Shown here one piece after another: positions 44,176 to 55,789 of a stretch of 64,000 nt of DNA. Source of the DNA: Epithemia pelagica (Eukaryota; Protista; Bacillariophyta); contig OX337234.1 in assembly GCA_946965045.2 (NCBI GenBank), positions 1,178,001 through 1,242,000 on the forward strand, given 5' to 3'. The notes beneath the pieces were generated by a model that was not told the DNA's origin, did not search any database, and saw only the letters and a list, made by a program, of their open reading frames with translations. The position numbers were made by a program, and so were the translations under genes. Position 1 is the first letter of the stretch, and each line of letters starts with the position of its first letter.

Positions 44176-45803
44176 ATGCGTGGTAGGTATTGCTTTGAGT
44201 GACTCGGATGAGGTGAATGGCTCCTAGACGGAAAGACCTCGAAAAGGTCATGGTTGTGCCATGAGATGGGCCATTGCTCATCATTCTCTGGCCATGTGCA
44301 AGCCCTGTTTTCCCTGATTCATGGACTTATCCAGTTTGTTCTTCTTTTGTGTGTCTTTTTTTATTTTTCCAGAAATTATCTCGATTCATTTGGGTCAAGC
44401 CGGTGTGCAGGTGGGAAACCAGTGCTGGGAACTCTACTGTTTGGAACATGGTATTGAGCCGGATGGTACCATGCCCTCGGACACGACTGTAGGTGTGGAA
44501 AACGATTCCTTCAATACCTTTTTTAGCGAAACTTCTTCGGGAAAGCACGTTCCTCGTGCCGTGTATGTCGATTTGGAACCCTCCGTCTGCGACGAAGTCC
44601 GTGTTTCGGTACGTAGTTCGACAGAATTGGTCCAAACAATTTATTGGGATCGGAACAAATCTAATATGATTTACTAATGATTTTTCGATGGAACAGACGT
44701 ACAAGGACCTTTACCACCCGGAACAAATCATTAACGGCAAGGAGGATGCCGCCAACAACTATGCCCGTGGTCACTACACCACTGGAAAGGAGATTGTGGA
44801 CCCTGTCTTGGATCGCATTCGTAAGCTGGCCGATGCCTGTACCGGTCTTCAAGGATTTTTGGTCTTTCATGCCACGGGTGGTGGTACCGGATCGGGTCTC
44901 GGAAGTCTCTTGTTGGAACGTTTGAGTGTCGACTATGGACGCAAGTCCAAACTTTCCTTTGCCGTGACACCTGCTCCCAAGGTTTCTACCGCGGTTGTGG
45001 AACCCTACAACTCGGTCCTTTCCACCCATGCGCTTCTGGAACACACGGATTGTACCTTTTGCTTGGACAATGAAGCTCTCTACGACGTTTGCAACCGCAA
45101 CCTTGGCATTGGCCATCCCTCGTACACGAACTTGAATCGTTTGATTGCACAAGTGATTTCTTCCTTGACCGCCTCTCTTCGTTTTGATGGAGCCTTGAAC
45201 GTGGATGTGACCGAGTTCCAGACCAACTTGGTGCCCTATCCTCGTATCCACTTTATGTTGACTGCCTATGCTCCCGTGATTTCCAAGAGCAAGGCCGGTC
45301 ACGAAAACTTGAGTGTGGCAGAGATTACTAACACGGTGTTTGAACCTGGTAGCATGATGACCAAGTGTGATCCTCGTCACGGCAAGTACATGGCGTGTTG
45401 TCTCATGTACCGTGGAGATGTGGTGACCAAGGACGTGAACGCAGCGGTGGCCGCCATTAAGAACAAGCGTACCATTCAGTTTGTCGACTGGTGTCCCTCG
45501 GGTTTCAAGTGTGGTATCAACTACCAAAAGCCGGCCTGTGTTCCCGATGGTGATTTGGCCGATATTGACCGTGCCGTGTGTATGGTGGCCAATACGACGG
45601 CCATTGCCGAAGCCTTGTCTCGCATTGACCACAAGTTTGATCTCATGTACGCGAAGCGTGCCTTTGTCCACTGGTATGTGGGAGAAGGTATGGAGGAGGG
45701 TGAATTCTCGGAGGCTCGTGAGGATTTGGCCGCCTTGGAAAAGGATTACGAAGAAGTGGCCAACGACGGCGCGGAAGCCGATATGGAAGGCGAAGAATAC
45801 TAA
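44176..45803 (+). CDS. TUBA: Alpha-tubulin, copy 2 (exons 44176-44182, 44373-44608, 44697-45803)
   Basis: [13 protein letters not shown]...GEEY; same two intron positions as copy 1. Confidence 0.96.
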
Positions 45804-46100
45804 AAATGACACTCTTTCTTTTGAGGTAACCTGAGTAGTTCAGTAGTTCAGTGTAGTTGTCTTTATTCCGATGAGGAGCGTATATGGTCCTCATCATCTA
45901 TGTCATCTTTTAACTGGGTAGGTATAGGTAGCCAACTTCGTCATTGATGGTTGCGCTAGAGTGTGGACTAAACTTACTGTGTCGACCACCATTCAGAATA
46001 CGCCCTATCACATGCGACAAAATGTTCGAGAAGTACCTTCTTCAGCATTTTTCTCTAGAAAAGATACCAATCCAAACAAACAAACAAACGAAAGGGGACC

Positions 46101-46838
46101 ATGACGCTCATTTCTACCCGTCCGACAACGACGACAAGCGCAGTCGTAATGGGTGCATTCGCATTCGGCTTTGGTTTGGGGTGGCTCATGGCCGAAACCA
46201 AGAAGCGCGTGTGGTGTCAATTGCAAACGTGGTATCCCGGTCTCTTTATTTCGTCATCGTCGTCTGCGGGTGGTAGTGCCGCCAAAGACCCACAACGACG
46301 AGATCAAACCGTGGCCAAATTGTTGGAGATTTCCAATCAAGTCATTGCCTTTTCGTACCAGGATCGACCGGCGGGCAATTGTGTCTTGGCCAGTATCAAT
46401 GGCGAATCCCAAGGTCCTCGGGTTCGACCCATTAATCCAGTCCACTATCAACTCAACAACAACGATGACAATGATCCTCATGTCATTTTCTTTACCAATC
46501 GCTTGACTCGCAAATATCAAGACTTTCAAAAGGATGCGCGGGCCGAACTCAATTTTATCGATTCCAATGGCATTGGGTACGTGTCGCTCAGTGGCACAGT
46601 GGTGGAACTATCCCCCGAACAAGCCAAGTCCTATTGGAAGGATCGCATGATTCACTTTATTGCCGAAGGACCGCAAGGATCCGAAGGACGATATACCGTC
46701 TTGAAATTACTTCCGACCCAACTGGAACTGATTTCCTTACGACTGGGACTTGATACTGTCCATCATGAGTCGTGGGAACCATGGAGACTGATCTTGTCCA
46801 ATCCAGGAACAAAAGCCGCCAAGTGGATCAAACCATAA
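46101..46838 (+). CDS. Pyridoxamine 5'-phosphate oxidase-like FMN-binding split-barrel protein
   Basis: PRVRPI, IFFTNRLTRKYQDF, YVSLSGTV pattern; N-terminal hydrophobic segment. Confidence 0.7.
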   Translation: MTLISTRPTTTTSAVVMGAFAFGFGLGWLMAETKKRVWCQLQTWYPGLFISSSSSAGGSAAKDPQRRDQTVAKLLEISNQVIAFSYQDRPAGNCVLASINGESQGPRVRPINPVHYQLNNNDDNDPHVIFFTNRLTRKYQDFQKDARAELNFIDSNGIGYVSLSGTVVELSPEQAKSYWKDRMIHFIAEGPQGSEGRYTVLKLLPTQLELISLRLGLDTVHHESWEPWRLILSNPGTKAAKWIKP

Positions 46839-47118
46839 AAACTGGTCCGTGTTTGCCTTTTACAAACAATGCATCTCTCCATGATGTCACTACACACTTT
46901 TCCTATCTGTAATCTGTATTGCATGTCACTACACTGTTGCTCTATCGCAGGTAACTTCTCAAGATCCATGATGCACAACAGGTATTAAACGGGGATATTA
47001 CGGATATGTACGAATGGATATCACATCATATACATCTATATATTCTTGCTTGCTTGCACGATAGTCTTTTGTGAGGGACGGGGTATTCTGCATCTGGACG
47101 ACGTCGTCATTGCTCGTT

Positions 47119-50100
47119 TCACTTGCCCGATTCCGCATCGCCATCCAACGGACCCTCGTCATTGACGACAATGTCCTCGACTTCGTAAGGACTACTTCCC
47201 GAATATGCGGATTCCGAACCTTGTCCGAGGATGGTATTTCCTTCCGTCTTGTCTTGCTGGTCAGCATCCTCCACGGTGTTGGTGTTTGTCGTCGTGGACA
47301 CGGCCCGTTCTTTGCCAAAACAACAGATTGGATGGTTGATATAGGTCAAGAGAGCTGGCAAGGCATAGCACCCAACAAAGTATGTCACCATCATCACAAT
47401 AATCAGGGGACGGAAAAAGAAAACCTCGGTAAACTGGAATTGAGTAAAGGCCATGCATACCACTCCAATTGTACTCGAGATCCAGGACATGAATGTTGGA
47501 AGCATGAGGCTGATGAAAATGAAGAACGCCATGTTAGATGTGATCAACAAGAATCCTCCACAACGATGTTGTTTCCACTTACAATGACATGGTATATTTC
47601 ACACGTTCCAAGCCTCCTTCAATATCGTTGGGTGCACGAAGCCAGCGCGAGACAACGTGAACCGCATACTCCACCGCAAATCCCACCGAGAGAACAAAGG
47701 CCATGTTCGAGAAGCCTGTCATGCTCACTCCAGCGAGCACACTCAAGCCAATAACGCTGATCAGACATGTCAGGATGGTCAAAGTAATGAACACCGATCC
47801 AACCAACGTGCCCCAGAAGAGTTTGGAGAGAGTGTGACGGCGTTCTGCATAAAGTTTTCCAAAAAGAAATGCCCATGCTACGACAAATCCGACCGCAGCT
47901 GAAACGAATGACAACTCGAGAAGAACTTCGAACACATCTTCGTACTGGGTCCAGTAGCTGTATGGAATACCTGGAACCAAAGGAAAGAAGTGTGAGTCAG
48001 CTGCGACATTTCGGCATTTCCAGGTTGTTGTGTTCCAATACTTACCAGTCATCCAACAGTGAAGCTCTCCACGATCACACACATCACGTGTTTCGTCCAA
48101 CATATCCAATGTCAGTTCGTGGGAGAACAAATCATATGAAAACATTGTTGGTCCAGCCGAAAATGGAAGGGGGAAGACAAGCTCTTCGTCTTGGTAGTAT
48201 TCACCCTCACACTCGGTTGCAGTGGCGTCTTCGGATTCAAAAACAAATCGACCGCCACTGTATCCCGTAATGTTACGCCATTGCGTCAAACAGAATTTGA
48301 ATTTCTCGTCGCTCCAATCAGCAACGGGGCACCAGCTTATTTCACTGTCGAGAGTTGGATCATATCCAGCAGACTCGAGATCCTGCACAAACATTTCGCT
48401 AGTTGGCCGACAGATTCCGCCTTCATACGGCTCACACTGACCTTGTGGATCCGGAAAAATCTTGTTTCGCAAGCCAATTGTATTGCGCATCCATTTTCCG
48501 GTGCAGAATGTGCCTTCTTCTTCAAAGATTTGATCCGCGCCGCATTCGGGAACGTCGGGGTTTTCTCGATCAAAGTTGTCAGTACAATGCGATGTCGTCC
48601 AAATCAAGAAATTGGCCATCTTTTCGACTTATGGTTAGTATTCGTACGAGATTGCATTTGCCGCGTGATGTAACCTCATCGCCAGACTTACCCACAAATT
48701 CTTGGTGTCAGTTTCAGACACGTGCTCCGTTGCAACAACATCTTCAAACTGTTTGATCATCTTTAGCTGAGTCTCTGGATCAGTGTAGTTGATTTGGCCC
48801 CAGTTGATACTAATTGACCACGACGCAAGTTCGTCCGTTCTTGTCATGGCCCATTTGTAAGCCTGTGAATCTACTGGGAAGAAATCTTCTAGTCCAAGAC
48901 CAACTTCGCGCTGAGTGATGCCGTAGCACCCAACACCCAACAGAGCAGCAGTGCCAAGGAACAAAGCAGCATGAACGATTGTCCGCGTCAAAGGCTGCCC
49001 AAGCACAACTGGATAGTAGAACTTTTCGTACAGCCAGACATGGCGCAAGTCCTTCTTGACTTCATTGTCGGTGCTCTCGACTCCTTGTTTGGCCTTGAAG
49101 CAGAAAAACACATCCCGATAGCCTCGTGCCTGTCGAATCATATCAAGCCAACAATACGCAGGGTAGCAGAAAATAACGGAAAGGTACCTGCGAAAAGAGA
49201 AGTCGTCAGATGTTTTTCCATCATTCATCCAAACACAAAACTGCTGGAAAATAAAATACGTACAACGCAATAACGCATATGGTCGCGACTGTAGCAGTTT
49301 TGTAGACAGCGGGGATATCTGATATATTCAGAACGGCGAACATGAGGCAGTTGACGAGACTTGTCATGGTCACCGGAACAGCGACTTCACGCATGGCCCG
49401 AAGAAAATTGACCTCAGTGAATCCGCCTTGCTGCTTCAAGGACATCAAGACGATGTATACGTCATCAACTCCAATTCCAAGAATGATGAACGGGAGGGTC
49501 CAGGCAAGCGTCACGTTTCTGCGGAACAAATCAAGTCAGTTTCAGCCTATTTTCTGTTGCGTTACTCAGCTCACGGTACTCACATTTTTATGCCAGCCAA
49601 AATGGCAAGCCCAAGTGAAGCAAAGAATGCGAGAACAACAAGAGCGACTCCAACAAGAGTGATAAGAACTCGTGATTCTATCCAATCAGGGCTGATAAGT
49701 AAGATGACAGAAAAGAGAGCGATCAAAACGATTGAAATCGACATGAGCTTCCCGTTGTCAAGGGTAATATCGCGCAAGGTGCGTCCAGTTGTTCCGATGG
49801 CACCGCTGTCGTCAGCAAAGAGAACAAATTGAACATCTCCACTGTTGTCATCATCCCAATCCTCGGTCCATGATTCTTCAAAAGCTTTCTTGTAAGCTTC
49901 GAGTATATCAGTGGCATCGTCCTCTGTCATGTCAATTGGTCCACCAGGCCGATTGCAGTTTTTGACTCTTTCCACGATATCTTCGGGCATGAGTCCAGCA
50001 TAAATGGTTTGAATCACTCCAACTGTTTGGAGTGGATTGTCGAAGCTGTACTCATCAACAGATGGAGAAACATCTCCGACTGCGTAATCAACATGGATTC

Positions 50101-52265
50101 GTTGTTAGTTGTCTTTTCTGCTTTACAGTGCCTTTCATTGGAATCGACGGTAAACAACGAACTTACTGAGAAGGTGGCGGTCGATCGGACCAAGGGACAA
50201 GCCTTCGTCAATGTAGTACAACTCTCGTGAAGCGTTCTCAAGGATGGTCTGTGTTGTTTGGTTTGTGTAAGGATCTCGCTGTCCGCCCAACGAATACCCA
50301 CAGCCGGAACCTGTTGTCCAAGAGTAAGGGTCGTCTTCTCCCTGAGTCAACCCCAAAAACTGGTCCGAGTCGATGAGTAAGTTGTACCACATCTTAGCGA
50401 ACTGGAATCATTCTTTTTGTTAGTACGTGTGGTTTGTCCCCTTCTTGCATAAAACTTGTCACTGGGACTTACGTGCTGTTTTGAATAAGATCCATCGCCC
50501 TGATTATCGGGACCTGGGATGTTATACTTAGTACACCATGAGGAAGACGCGCCTGCCATCACAGCACCTGTCAGGCCATCGTATTGAGGACTAGATGTGC
50601 TACTTCCAGTCAGAATCGCATTACCACACACTGAAAATAAAAAACAATGTGAGTTACATGTTGTCGGTTGTCATCTGGATGTTTTGGACTTCAGCACAAT
50701 TCGCAGTTTCTCACCGTTATCTGATGCTTCCAGACTTGCCATGAACCATTTGTAAACTGGATTCGATTCTACCATTTCTGTCCATGTTGTATCAGGGGTG
50801 ATGGGGTCAGCATAGCCTGCACTGTACTGCGGATCCCAAACCGTCAAATTTCTAATATTTTCAAGATCCAAATACTCTCCCAAACTGAACGTGTCACCGG
50901 ACAAATCAACGCCAGAACCAGAAACGGGGCTACTTCCTTCAAAAAGTGCCCCTGTGCCATCACCAGTCGACCAGAATGGAAAGGGCGACCCGGCAGTGTT
51001 TACGCTGCTAAAGTCACTGTCAGCGTGTGTCAACAAGGCATTGGCTGCAGTTAATGCATCCACCGATGCGGGTGGGCATTGCAGACTGTCAGTCGACGTT
51101 TCACATCCTTCTAAAAGAAGATTCATGAACGCCGAATATGATGTCACGTAGTCTGACGTTCCAAACTGTGCATATAAGCTGCGTGTGGTCGCGTACGTGT
51201 AGAAATCTTCGACATCTGCACGAGTTGTGCTTGCGGCCAAGCCTCCATATTGTTGCGCTCGCAACTGGAGTTCAGTCTGGTCGTCAGCATCGGTGACAGT
51301 GCCGCTCTCCAACAAGCGCACCATCTCTGCAGCCAACACGCCAAATGACCCTTTCACATATGCAGTGAGGCTAGTCATAGTCGTTTCGAATGACTCTTCA
51401 ATACACTGTTTACAAGGATCGTTCATCTCCATGCTACCAATGTCATCGAACAGCATGAGAGGATCGGCGTAGCTGTCAGGATAGCCTTGGGATACAGCAT
51501 ACTCTTCATTTGTACGAAGTGCCAAAATGTTGGCGCATTGAGCCGGGCAATTATTCACCATGATACCGAAACGGGGGATTCGCGGTTTCAGCAGCAATTT
51601 ACGAATGACCTCGTTGTACCAAGTGATCTTGTCGGTGTCATCGAAAAACCAACGGGCTTCCTGGAAGAGATCCATGGGACTGAGACGAGCACACGGAAAC
51701 TGAACAAGAACAAGCACCAACGGTTAAATTATGCTGCGTCTCAAAGAGTGTTGGTTGTGTCTCGGCAAGTCTTACCTCATAAGTAGTACCCTTTCCGACA
51801 TTGTTCAACGCACAGATATCTTGCCAGGTGATAGTATGACCTTTCCACTCAATCTAGACCAGAGGTTGTGAGACCGACCACCATATCACAGCGAAGCGAG
51901 TCAACGCTAAGAAATCTTACCGTGGTGGCTTCGGTTTTCTCCATGCGTTCACGGATTTCTTCCAAACGGGAGGGTGTAAAAAGGTTTTCACCATCACGAG
52001 AAATGGCCATGGCGGCAATACTTGTTGCGGACAACTCTTCCCTTCCAACACTCTTCGCATAATCAAGATTTTTGGCGTAGTCTCCTCGTTTCGGAACCCA
52101 AATTTCACTCACTTTTTCTTCAATGTAATCATCTTGCGACCAACCAAATCCAGTGAGGAACGCGAAGGCAATGGGCAAAATCACAAGGAAGGGCCATGGC
52201 ATGGACACCATGTGGCGAAAAGGCCATGAGCCTTCTGCTTTGCTTGAAGCAGTAGTTGGTGACAT
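47119..52265 (-). CDS. Patched/NPC1-like sterol-sensing-domain (RND) membrane protein, multi-exon
   Basis: LPFIILGIGVDD (GxxxDD) and VLSVGFAVEYAVH motifs, LGLEDFFP, two TM clusters separated by large luminal loops; spread over at least eight ORF pieces. Confidence 0.88.
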
Positions 52266-53071
52266 GGTTCTGTCGTTGCTGCTTGCTTGCTTTTATCTCA
52301 ACTCTTGTTTTCCTTGATTTTATGTGAAGAAAGGGAAATGTGAGACGTTTCCGTTTTCCGGGAATAGCGAAATGACAGACTTTCATGACAGACTCTCGGA
52401 TAAACTTTCAAAATGTTGACTGTTATACGGACACACTATCCGGTTGCACTCCATGTCACTGTTGCTCTTCCACATGCACTCTTCATTTAAATAAAATGGT
52501 ATTTTACTATTGCCCTTCTTGTCTCGTCAGTGCCACTTCAAATTCATGACGAGGATACCCCGTTTAACCCTAACTCTAAAAACGAATGTTTACCCGAATG
52601 TCTGTCATTTCGCTATTCAGGCCTGAAAAAGTGAAATGACAGACTTTCGGGGTAGTTGTTTGACAGACATTTGGAGTTTCAGGTAGCTTTTTGACAGACA
52701 TTCGGAGTTTCAGGTAGCTTTTTGACAGACATTCGGGAAAACTTTTTAATCTTGTAGTATCTTCTGCCATACCCATGCATAATGGTAGGACGTAAAAAAT
52801 TACTCCTATGATCTTTAGGAATTAAGCTCGGAAAGTGAGCGATGGCCAGAGAAGCCATCTGCACACGGGACAAGGACGGACTGAATTCTGAGAACGTCGG
52901 TGTCAAAGATGTCAAAGATTCAACTAGGGACCTATCGAGTCATGTTTACGTGGATTCGTGGCGGGACAGAGTCCGGGTACCGCACTCTACCTCTCCCTGG
53001 TCGGACCTAGGAAGTTCGAGCGGGCCATGGGAAAGCTTGATGGCCAGAGGCCAACGGCAGTAAAACCCATG

Positions 53072-55789
53072 TCATACACGGTAAGGTATGAGACGCCTGA
53101 TATTGATGCGCTCGGTAACGTGGGGACCACGTTGAATGGTCACGGTGCCATTGGAATGGACACGCGTGATAGTGAAAGGATTGGGACTGGTACGAGGTGC
53201 CAATTTGTCCGGATTGGTAGCGCGGATGAGCACGCGATCTCCAATTTTGTAGTCATGAAAGACGCGAGAGCGATTTGCGAGTCGAGCTCGTTCGTCAACG
53301 ATGATTTGGCGTTTTTGACGAATCAATTCCATGTCCACAAGGATGGGAATGTCGAACAGCATGTCGCGGTGGAACGCAAGACTGCCGGGAGAATGTTTGA
53401 GGCTGCCGTGGATGGCAGTGCGTGCAGAGTATGCAGCGGTTTGCAGAGCAGTGTCAACCATAAGAGCGGCCTGTTCAATGTTTTGCGGCGGCTCGTAGTT
53501 AACGATAGCGCGTAATGAATTGCCAATCGTCAAATGAAGACGTTCACATAGGGCATTGGATTGTGGATTTTTGACCGTTAGGGGCACTGGCTTGATACCA
53601 TGATTGCGAAGCACTTGCGTAAACGCATGGCCGATGAACTCGCCGCCTTGATCGAAAAGGCAACGAACAGGGCGAGGATAGCGTGAAAGCCATGAATTCT
53701 CGAGTTGGAGACCAACATGTCGAGCGGTTTTATTGTATATGCGGATAATCTCGCAAAAATTGGTGACAGTGTCAATGACCGTCAGAGCCTGAAAGGTCAG
53801 GGCCATGCCATGGATTTTGACTGTCCAGGGGCCGATAAGATCGACGGCAATGTCGGACCAGGGATTACCACGGACCTCACGAGGAGGCAATTCTCCGTAA
53901 TGTCGATGAACGACCTTCGACCGTTGACAGGTCGGACAGCTGGAAACAGCTTGATCGCAGTAGAGTCCCAATTGGGGATGCGTCATGTGCATGGCGATAG
54001 TATCGCGGAGTCGCGTGGAACCAGCGTGGTTAAGCACGAGATGATACCAGTTGACTGTATGCGCGAGAAGCGAGTCAGGAATGCGAATGCGCCAGAGGGC
54101 ATTAACCGATTGTCGATAACAGACAAGGTTGTATTGTGGATTTTCCGTAGGAAAGGGTTGCAAATGATAATAGTCAGGTTTGGATTGGACCAACGCCATT
54201 AAGGCGGCATCGTTTTGTTGATGCTGAAATATCGTAGCATAGTCAACCGGTAGGGGTTGGTTGGCCGTAATGGCGGGATGATTAAGATACACATCGATCA
54301 ACTCTTCGTCCATGAAAATAGGGGATTCATGAGAATCCGCGTCACGAGACGCTAAGCGGGGGTCATCATTAGGCGCACGAGGAACCTGAAACACGGAGTG
54401 TTTGCCGCTATGATCGAAAAGGGATCGTGGTCCAGACGAGGGACCGTCGGAAGGGACCTTGGAAGGGGCACTCTTCTCCTCCTCTCCTGAAAGAGGGAGA
54501 CGCGACAACGCGTCGGCGATGACGTTATCCTGGCCAGGAATATAATGAAAGATGGGATTGTATTCTTCGAGAAAGAGACGCCAACGAAGGACTCGTTGGG
54601 AGTTGAGAGTGGAATAAGTGAGATTTTTGTGATCGGTATGAATGTGCAAGGCGGCACAGCCAAGCAACATGGAGCGGAACTCTTTGAGGGTTTCGACGAT
54701 GGAGAGTAACTCCTTTTCCATAGTGGTGTAATTCCGCTGAGCGGGGTTGAGCTTGCGTGAGAAATACGCGACAGGGATGTTTTCCTGCATGATAACAGCG
54801 CCGAGCTGATAGTCAGACGCGTCCACATAGACGTGGAAAGGAATGTTGTGATCGGGATAGCGGATAAACGCATCATGCGCAAGCATGGCTTTGACGTTTT
54901 CAAAGGCTTTCTGACATTGCGGGGACCATTCAAAGGTTTTCTTGCCGGTCAAGGCTGTTAGCGGAGCTAAGTGATGGGATCGCTGAGGATACATGTGACG
55001 ATAGAAATTAACCATGCCAATGAAGGAACGTAGTTCTTTCATGGTGCGAGGAGGCGATAAAGCCAGAATCGCGGAAATCTTTTTCTTCCATGGTCGTAGA
55101 CCTGTAGGCGTGAGCCAATGGCCAAGGAAGTCGGTTTCCTGCACGGCCCATTCACATTTGTGAGGAGTGATAGAAAAGTTCTTGTCTTGAAGACGTTGAA
55201 GGACTTTGTTGAGAATCTCGACATGTTCTTCCCAACTGTCGGAAAAGACGCCGATATCGTCGATGTAGACTTCGACGTGATCGCGAAAGTCAGCGAGGAC
55301 TTCTTCCATGAGCTCCTGACAGAAGTCTGGGGATTGCTTAACTCCCATAGGGAGACGACGATAGCGAAATTTGCCAAAAGGCGTAGTGATAACGCAAAGA
55401 TTGCTGGAAAACTCGTCGAGTTTGAAAGTGTGAAAACACATAGAGATGTCAAGTTTTGTAAAATATTTGTAGCCTTTGCGTCGTCGAAGGATATCTTCGA
55501 TCCTTGGAAAGGGATAGACGCGGCGATACATTTGCGCATTAAGCGAACGAAAGTCCGAGATCATTCGGATTCGTCCATCCTCTTTAGGAATGGCGAAATG
55601 AGGAGCGGCCCACTCAGTGGAACCAACTCGTTCGAGAATGCCGATATCGACAAACCGAAACAATTCCTTTTTAAAGGTGTCATGGATATTGACGATGATG
55701 AGCATAATGACGATGATGAGCCGGTTTGGCATCGGGCATGAGATCGAGATGCAACTCTTTGTCCGGATAGGCACGCAGGACGCCGTCAA
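53072..55789 (-). CDS. Gypsy pol: RT, RNase H, integrase
   Basis: TKLDISM, YIDD, VDASDYQLG, NVIADALSR, HLVLNHAG..CPTC zinc finger, VDLIGP, DQGGEF, NALCERLH; integrase follows RT, the gypsy order. Confidence 0.95.
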   Translation of the reverse strand: MTASCVPIRTKSCISISCPMPNRLIIVIMLIIVNIHDTFKKELFRFVDIGILERVGSTEWAAPHFAIPKEDGRIRMISDFRSLNAQMYRRVYPFPRIEDILRRRKGYKYFTKLDISMCFHTFKLDEFSSNLCVITTPFGKFRYRRLPMGVKQSPDFCQELMEEVLADFRDHVEVYIDDIGVFSDSWEEHVEILNKVLQRLQDKNFSITPHKCEWAVQETDFLGHWLTPTGLRPWKKKISAILALSPPRTMKELRSFIGMVNFYRHMYPQRSHHLAPLTALTGKKTFEWSPQCQKAFENVKAMLAHDAFIRYPDHNIPFHVYVDASDYQLGAVIMQENIPVAYFSRKLNPAQRNYTTMEKELLSIVETLKEFRSMLLGCAALHIHTDHKNLTYSTLNSQRVLRWRLFLEEYNPIFHYIPGQDNVIADALSRLPLSGEEEKSAPSKVPSDGPSSGPRSLFDHSGKHSVFQVPRAPNDDPRLASRDADSHESPIFMDEELIDVYLNHPAITANQPLPVDYATIFQHQQNDAALMALVQSKPDYYHLQPFPTENPQYNLVCYRQSVNALWRIRIPDSLLAHTVNWYHLVLNHAGSTRLRDTIAMHMTHPQLGLYCDQAVSSCPTCQRSKVVHRHYGELPPREVRGNPWSDIAVDLIGPWTVKIHGMALTFQALTVIDTVTNFCEIIRIYNKTARHVGLQLENSWLSRYPRPVRCLFDQGGEFIGHAFTQVLRNHGIKPVPLTVKNPQSNALCERLHLTIGNSLRAIVNYEPPQNIEQAALMVDTALQTAAYSARTAIHGSLKHSPGSLAFHRDMLFDIPILVDMELIRQKRQIIVDERARLANRSRVFHDYKIGDRVLIRATNPDKLAPRTSPNPFTITRVHSNGTVTIQRGPHVTERINIRRLIPYRV

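Noticed and set aside
39580-45812. 341-aa and 383-aa ORFs similar to each other
   Set aside because: Antisense shadows of the two alpha-tubulin genes.
55680-55789. Programmed ribosomal frameshift in the gypsy element
   Set aside because: The position after the protease, the local 18-bp duplication and the loss of conserved residues favour a lesion.
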